This document shows positions 47,831-52,024 of a stretch of 52,024 bases of DNA, one piece after another. The stretch comes from a virus (Duplodnaviria; Caudoviricetes), in IMG/VR virus record IMGVR_UViG_3300017912_003772, positions 1 through 52,024 of that record, one strand, 5' to 3'. The notes beneath the pieces are model-generated. The model was not told the DNA's origin, ran no database searches, and worked only from the letters and a program-made list of their open reading frames with translations. Made by a program: the position numbers and the translations under genes. Positions within the stretch are counted from its first letter, which is position 1. Each line of letters starts with the position of its first letter.

Positions 47831-48411
47831 GAGACTGGTTTGCAATGAGTATGACAAAATTTTTCCGTTTTTTTGCGGATACATTTTTTGCACAACGATA
47901 TGGGCATAGAGCAGTAGTATTAGAAACTATTGCAGGTGTACCAGGCATGGTAGCAGGTATGTGGATACACTTAAAAAGTTTAAGAAAAATGAAAACAGGA
48001 TATGGCCCTGTTATTAGAGAATTATTAGCAGAAGCAGAAAATGAAAGAATGCATTTAATGTTTTTTATAGAAATTGCAAAACCCAATTGGTTTGAAAGAC
48101 TGTTAATACTTTTTGCACAAGGTATTTTTTGGAACTTTTACTTTGTACTGTATGTTTTATTTCCGAGAACATCACGCAGAATGATTGCTTATTTTGGAGA
48201 TTACGCAGTAAAAAGTTTCTTATTATTTTTTTTACAAATAGAAATAAATCCTTCATTAAATGTTCCTGCTCCGCAATTAGCAATAGATTATTACAATTTG
48301 CCAAAGAATGCAAGATTGCAAGACATGATCAAGTGTGTAAGGCAAGACGAATTAGGACATAGTTTAGTTAATCACAAATATGCAGACAAAGGAATAATAC
48401 ATGAAGATTGA
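47827..48411 (+). CDS. aox: Alternative oxidase (AOX) homolog with one iron-ligand motif disrupted
   Basis: LETIAGVPGMV, EAENERMHL and RQDELGH are intact; the expected (L/F)EEEAxxSY reads FGDYAVKSF. Confidence 0.85.
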   Translation: MRDWFAMSMTKFFRFFADTFFAQRYGHRAVVLETIAGVPGMVAGMWIHLKSLRKMKTGYGPVIRELLAEAENERMHLMFFIEIAKPNWFERLLILFAQGIFWNFYFVLYVLFPRTSRRMIAYFGDYAVKSFLLFFLQIEINPSLNVPAPQLAIDYYNLPKNARLQDMIKCVRQDELGHSLVNHKYADKGIIHED

Positions 48412-48658
48412 TAGTAACAAAATTGTAGAAGCATTAAAGAAAGGTGTTGTTACTATTGTTTTTGAAAAAATAGATTCTAAAGAAATAAGAACTATGCCGT
48501 GTACATTAAATACAGATATACACAAACAATCTTTGGAATTTAAGAATTACCAAAGTCCAGATACATTAGTTATGTATGGATTAGATGTAAAAGCATGGAG
48601 AGATGTTAGGGTAGATACTGTCATAGAATGGTATGAAGGCTACCCAAAGGAGAAATAA
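48401..48658 (+). CDS. Small Sm/SH3-like protein (WYL_2/DUF2693-like)
   Basis: GVVTIVFEK...RTMPCTL...LDVKAWRDVR pattern common in T4-like phages. Confidence 0.7.
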   Translation: MKIDSNKIVEALKKGVVTIVFEKIDSKEIRTMPCTLNTDIHKQSLEFKNYQSPDTLVMYGLDVKAWRDVRVDTVIEWYEGYPKEK

Positions 48659-50322
48659 TGGGAAGAAAACAAGGCGAAACACATAGAGAATTCAAAGCAA
48701 GGATGATAGATCCTGTATCAGAATCTTTTTGTGGTGCTAAGTGGTATAATGCTACTATATGGTTAGGGCATGGTGGAACTACCAGTTGTCATCACCCTCC
48801 AGCACACCAAATTGATTTAGAAGAGATCAAAGAAAATCCAAGTGCTATTCATAACACACGTCATAAAAAGAAAATGCGTGAAATGATGCAGACAGGCTCC
48901 CGTCCTAAAGAGTGTGAGTACTGTTGGAAAATAGAAGACATGGGCAAAGACGCAGACGGTAATGAGCCTGTAAGTGATAGAGTATATAAAACAGTTATAT
49001 ATGAAGATGATGACTTACATACTGCGGCAACCTTAGATCCACAGTTTGATGTAAACTTAAAAACATTAGAAATAGCCTTTAATAGAACTTGTCAATTAGC
49101 ATGTAGTTACTGCAACCCAGCATTCTCCTCTACATGGGTAAAAGACATTCGTACTAACGGAGGCTATCAAGGCATAAAATCAGATGCAAGAGGACATTTT
49201 ATTGATGATGCCCCCTACGCCGAACCCTTTGATCAGGGAGAATTCAATCCGTATGTAGATGCATTCTGGAGATGGTGGCCTGAATTAAGTACAGAATTAG
49301 AAGAAATTAGAGTCACAGGCGGAGAACCACTTATGACTCCTGACATTTATCAATTATTTGATTGGTTCGAAACAACAGACGAGCCTAATAAAGACAACAT
49401 GAGATTTGCAATTAATAGTAATCTTATGGCAAAGCCAGACTTGTTAGATAAAATGATTGCTGGCACACAAAACATCAATAGATTCCATTTATACACAAGT
49501 TGCGAAGCATTTGGTCCACAAGCAGAATATATTAGAGACGGACTAAAATGGGAGCAGTGGACTAAAGCATTTGAAAAAGTTTGTAGTGAAGCAAGAATAG
49601 AAGGCTTACACATGATGATGACTATTAATGCATTATGCTTAGATAGTATTGTCGAATTTTTTGACTGGATGCTTGAGATGAAACGTAAATACGGTCATAA
49701 TCGTCCTGGATTTACCTGTAACATTTTACGTTTTCCAAGTTTCCAGTCACCCTTAACATTACCTGATAACTTGCGTAAAAAATATCATGACGAAGTTTTT
49801 GCATGGTTAAAAGAAGTAAGAGAAAAAGAAGAAAAGGACAAAGACGGGCAACTGTTAGTGCAACCTTGGGAGCAAGATCAAGTAAGCAGACTAATTGAAT
49901 ACTTGGACGTTGTAAAAACTCCTCACAGAAATACTGCTGACAGAGAACTATTAGAGCATGACTTTAAACTATTTTATGAGCAGTACGATGCAAGACGTGG
50001 TTTTGATTTTAGAGAAACATTTCCCAACATGGTAGAATTTTATGATAGTATTAAGTTACAAGACTTTAACGTAGATGAGGAAGATATACAAGCACCAAAA
50101 ACAGCAGGAGTTACTGGCGGATTATATGCAAAGAGAGTTGTTACAGAAGATGGCGAAGTTAAAGTTGTAGAAATGAAAATGCGTAATCGTAATACAGGCG
50201 AAAGCCAAGATGACTATGATGATAAAAAGTATGCAGATGATGAAAAAATTAATCAAGCAGGTAGTAGCATAGGTTGGGATACCGAGACTGATGGCTTAGG
50301 AGGTGAAGCAGGTAATGATTAA
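48658..50322 (+). CDS. Radical SAM protein with an N-terminal SPASM/twitch-like domain and an acidic C-terminal extension
   Basis: CQLACSYC and TGGEPL; N-terminal CGAKW...SCHHPP...CEYCW; clear paralog of 46298-47830. Confidence 0.9.
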   Translation: MGRKQGETHREFKARMIDPVSESFCGAKWYNATIWLGHGGTTSCHHPPAHQIDLEEIKENPSAIHNTRHKKKMREMMQTGSRPKECEYCWKIEDMGKDADGNEPVSDRVYKTVIYEDDDLHTAATLDPQFDVNLKTLEIAFNRTCQLACSYCNPAFSSTWVKDIRTNGGYQGIKSDARGHFIDDAPYAEPFDQGEFNPYVDAFWRWWPELSTELEEIRVTGGEPLMTPDIYQLFDWFETTDEPNKDNMRFAINSNLMAKPDLLDKMIAGTQNINRFHLYTSCEAFGPQAEYIRDGLKWEQWTKAFEKVCSEARIEGLHMMMTINALCLDSIVEFFDWMLEMKRKYGHNRPGFTCNILRFPSFQSPLTLPDNLRKKYHDEVFAWLKEVREKEEKDKDGQLLVQPWEQDQVSRLIEYLDVVKTPHRNTADRELLEHDFKLFYEQYDARRGFDFRETFPNMVEFYDSIKLQDFNVDEEDIQAPKTAGVTGGLYAKRVVTEDGEVKVVEMKMRNRNTGESQDDYDDKKYADDEKINQAGSSIGWDTETDGLGGEAGND

Positions 50323-51088
50323 ATTGTATGCTAATATTGGTGTTGGTCACGAAAACGACTTTGAAGTAATTAAAAAACGAATAGTTGCCGCGGCGCAATG
50401 TAATGCTGATGCAGTAGTATTAACTAAATCAACACCTCATTTAGTAATACCTGAAAACAAAAAATATTTAAGCATACAAAGTAAGTGGGGCCATTTACCT
50501 TATCTTGAAGTTGCAGAAAAAAGCGAAATAGATGAATTAAATGCAAGAAAAATTAATGATTTAGTAGAACAAATAGGGATTCCATTGATATGGTGTATTA
50601 CAGATTCTCAAGCAGGTGAATGGGTTAAAGAAAATACTGCATGCCGAAATGTAAAAGTACATTGGGATTCAAGAAAAGATTGGGAAGTTGTTAAGTTTGC
50701 TATAGAAAATTTTCAAAATATTATGTATGGCGGTAATTGTAATACATGTAAGCAATATATTAAACAAATTTTTGATTATTATCTTACTGACACAAAAAGA
50801 AGAAAACGTCTTACACTTTATCATGCAGGCAACAAACTACCGTGTGAAATTGAAGAAATAAATTTAAGTGCAATTGATGATTATAAAAGTATGATTCAAA
50901 AAGATTTTTATTTAGGGTACGAAGGTAGAACACCAGATGTATTTCCAGATTGTGCAGTTGTTTTTAAAAATGTACACTATGTAGAAAAATATTTAGGGGA
51001 TAACGATTCAGAAGGTGCAATCCTAAGTCCAGAAAAATTCTATGACTTTTTTGTAAACATGAATCAATTAGAGATTGCTAATGGCTAA
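50315..51088 (+). CDS. NeuB/SpsE (sialic acid synthase)-like protein, degenerate
   Basis: ANIGVGHEND...AAAQCNADAV N-terminus, plus GYEGR and VEKY in the order of NeuB motifs; AGGAGG upstream of ATG 50315. Confidence 0.6.
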   Translation: MIKLYANIGVGHENDFEVIKKRIVAAAQCNADAVVLTKSTPHLVIPENKKYLSIQSKWGHLPYLEVAEKSEIDELNARKINDLVEQIGIPLIWCITDSQAGEWVKENTACRNVKVHWDSRKDWEVVKFAIENFQNIMYGGNCNTCKQYIKQIFDYYLTDTKRRKRLTLYHAGNKLPCEIEEINLSAIDDYKSMIQKDFYLGYEGRTPDVFPDCAVVFKNVHYVEKYLGDNDSEGAILSPEKFYDFFVNMNQLEIANG

Positions 51089-52024
51089 AATAAAACCTAA
51101 ATGGCAACATGGCCAAATGAGTCCCGACTCACCTAACAAGGTGTTTTGTACAGCACCATGGACACATACCTATATAAGTCCACAAAGTGAAAGACGTATG
51201 TGCTGTGCCTCCCGCGAAGATCACATGATGCAAAAACAATACATAGATGCCAGTAATGATGAAAGTACAGGTATGTTTAGGCCTGTAGGAACTATTGCAG
51301 ATTATAAACCAGTTACATTAAAGGAGCATTGGAATAGCGAATACATGATGGACATTAGAAAAAAACTAATGGCAGGTGAGGAAATACCACAATGTAATGT
51401 TTGTAATGATAGTGTACTAAGTCAAAGTACATATAGACAATGGTTTACAGGCTACTTGTTTGAAGATAAAATAGATAAATGTTTTGAGGAGACAGACGAA
51501 AATGGATACACTACAATGGAGCCTATCTCTTTTGATTATAGGGTTAGTAATTTATGCAATTTTAAATGCCGTATGTGTGGCGAACCGCTCAGTTCAAGTT
51601 GGGAGGCGGAAAAGAGAAAGCATAATCAATGGTCGCCTGAGAACCAGCCGTTCATGGTTCCAGAGAATAAAAAGATAATTGACAAATTTCAAAAAGAGGT
51701 AGTTGAAGAAGAATTTTGGGAATACATTTGTTCAGGTACTGTAGAAGAATTATACTGGGTAGGTGGTGAGCCACTAATGTATGATATACATTGGCGAGCA
51801 ATGGATAGGTTAGCACAAGATGATACACTCAAACTTGTACACTTACGTTATAATAGCAATTTAAGTCGTGTACGTTTAGGTAAACATTACTTATATGACT
51901 GGCTTCCACAAGCAAAAGACTGGACAATGTGTGCAAGTATAGATGCAACAGGTTGGATAGGAGAGTTTATTCGTACAGGACTTAAATGGGACGAGTGGGA
52001 TAAAAATTTCAGAGAGGGTGTAGC
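51081..52024 (+). CDS. Third radical SAM protein with an N-terminal SPASM/twitch-like domain, truncated by the window end (not in the ORF track)
   Basis: Manual translation from ATG 51081 gives MAKIKPKW...FCTAPW...MCCAS...QCNVC...CNFKCRMC (from 51555)...YWVGGEPL, open to the end of the window. Confidence 0.9.
   Translation, partial: MAKIKPKWQHGQMSPDSPNKVFCTAPWTHTYISPQSERRMCCASREDHMMQKQYIDASNDESTGMFRPVGTIADYKPVTLKEHWNSEYMMDIRKKLMAGEEIPQCNVCNDSVLSQSTYRQWFTGYLFEDKIDKCFEETDENGYTTMEPISFDYRVSNLCNFKCRMCGEPLSSSWEAEKRKHNQWSPENQPFMVPENKKIIDKFQKEVVEEEFWEYICSGTVEELYWVGGEPLMYDIHWRAMDRLAQDDTLKLVHLRYNSNLSRVRLGKHYLYDWLPQAKDWTMCASIDATGWIGEFIRTGLKWDEWDKNFREGV

Noticed and set aside
48170-48246. Diversity-generating retroelement acting on aox
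   Set aside because: No reverse transcriptase or template repeat in the window, some changes are not at adenines, and AOX is not a plausible DGR target; kept only as an anomaly.
525-51678. Numerous 60-140 aa ORFs antisense or out of frame to the long genes
   Set aside because: They lie within well-supported genes, lack recognisable motifs and look like shadow ORFs; 51484-51678 is out of frame inside the third radical SAM gene.
1-52024. Stop-codon reassignment, tRNA genes, integrase or transposase
   Set aside because: Genes tile densely in the standard code with TAA, TAG and TGA all used as stops; I saw no tRNA cloverleaf or mobile-element gene.

Overview
An AT-rich 52 kb segment of a large T4-related (jumbo-type) myophage genome in the standard genetic code; the host cannot be determined from this window. 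From left to right it holds: (1) about 450 nt of non-coding DNA rich in + strand stem-loops, a candidate structured RNA cut by the window edge; (2) a leftward operon for a gp55-like late sigma factor and the gp47/gp46 (Mre11/Rad50-like) nuclease; (3) a rightward late baseplate/tail module (tube-initiator-like, gp53-like, hub-like, gp5-like spike, lysozyme-like, gp25, enlarged gp6, a 6,445-aa giant structural protein and fibre proteins), interrupted by a two-gene leftward island; (4) from 39.5 kb, a late-promoter-driven enzyme cluster with three glycosyltransferase-like proteins, a 2OG-Fe(II) oxygenase, an SGNH-like protein, three radical SAM enzymes with an N-terminal SPASM/twitch-like domain, an alternative oxidase with a damaged active site and a degenerate NeuB-like protein. 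My best candidate for an undescribed system is this late cluster acting as a virion glycosylation/modification pathway on the neighbouring Asn- and Cys-patterned structural proteins (inference). Other signals are apparently leaderless late transcripts, a hairpin masking a start codon, and strong apparent avoidance of AGCT and GCWGC. Family assignments come from motif recognition by eye and counts are manual; no database search was run.
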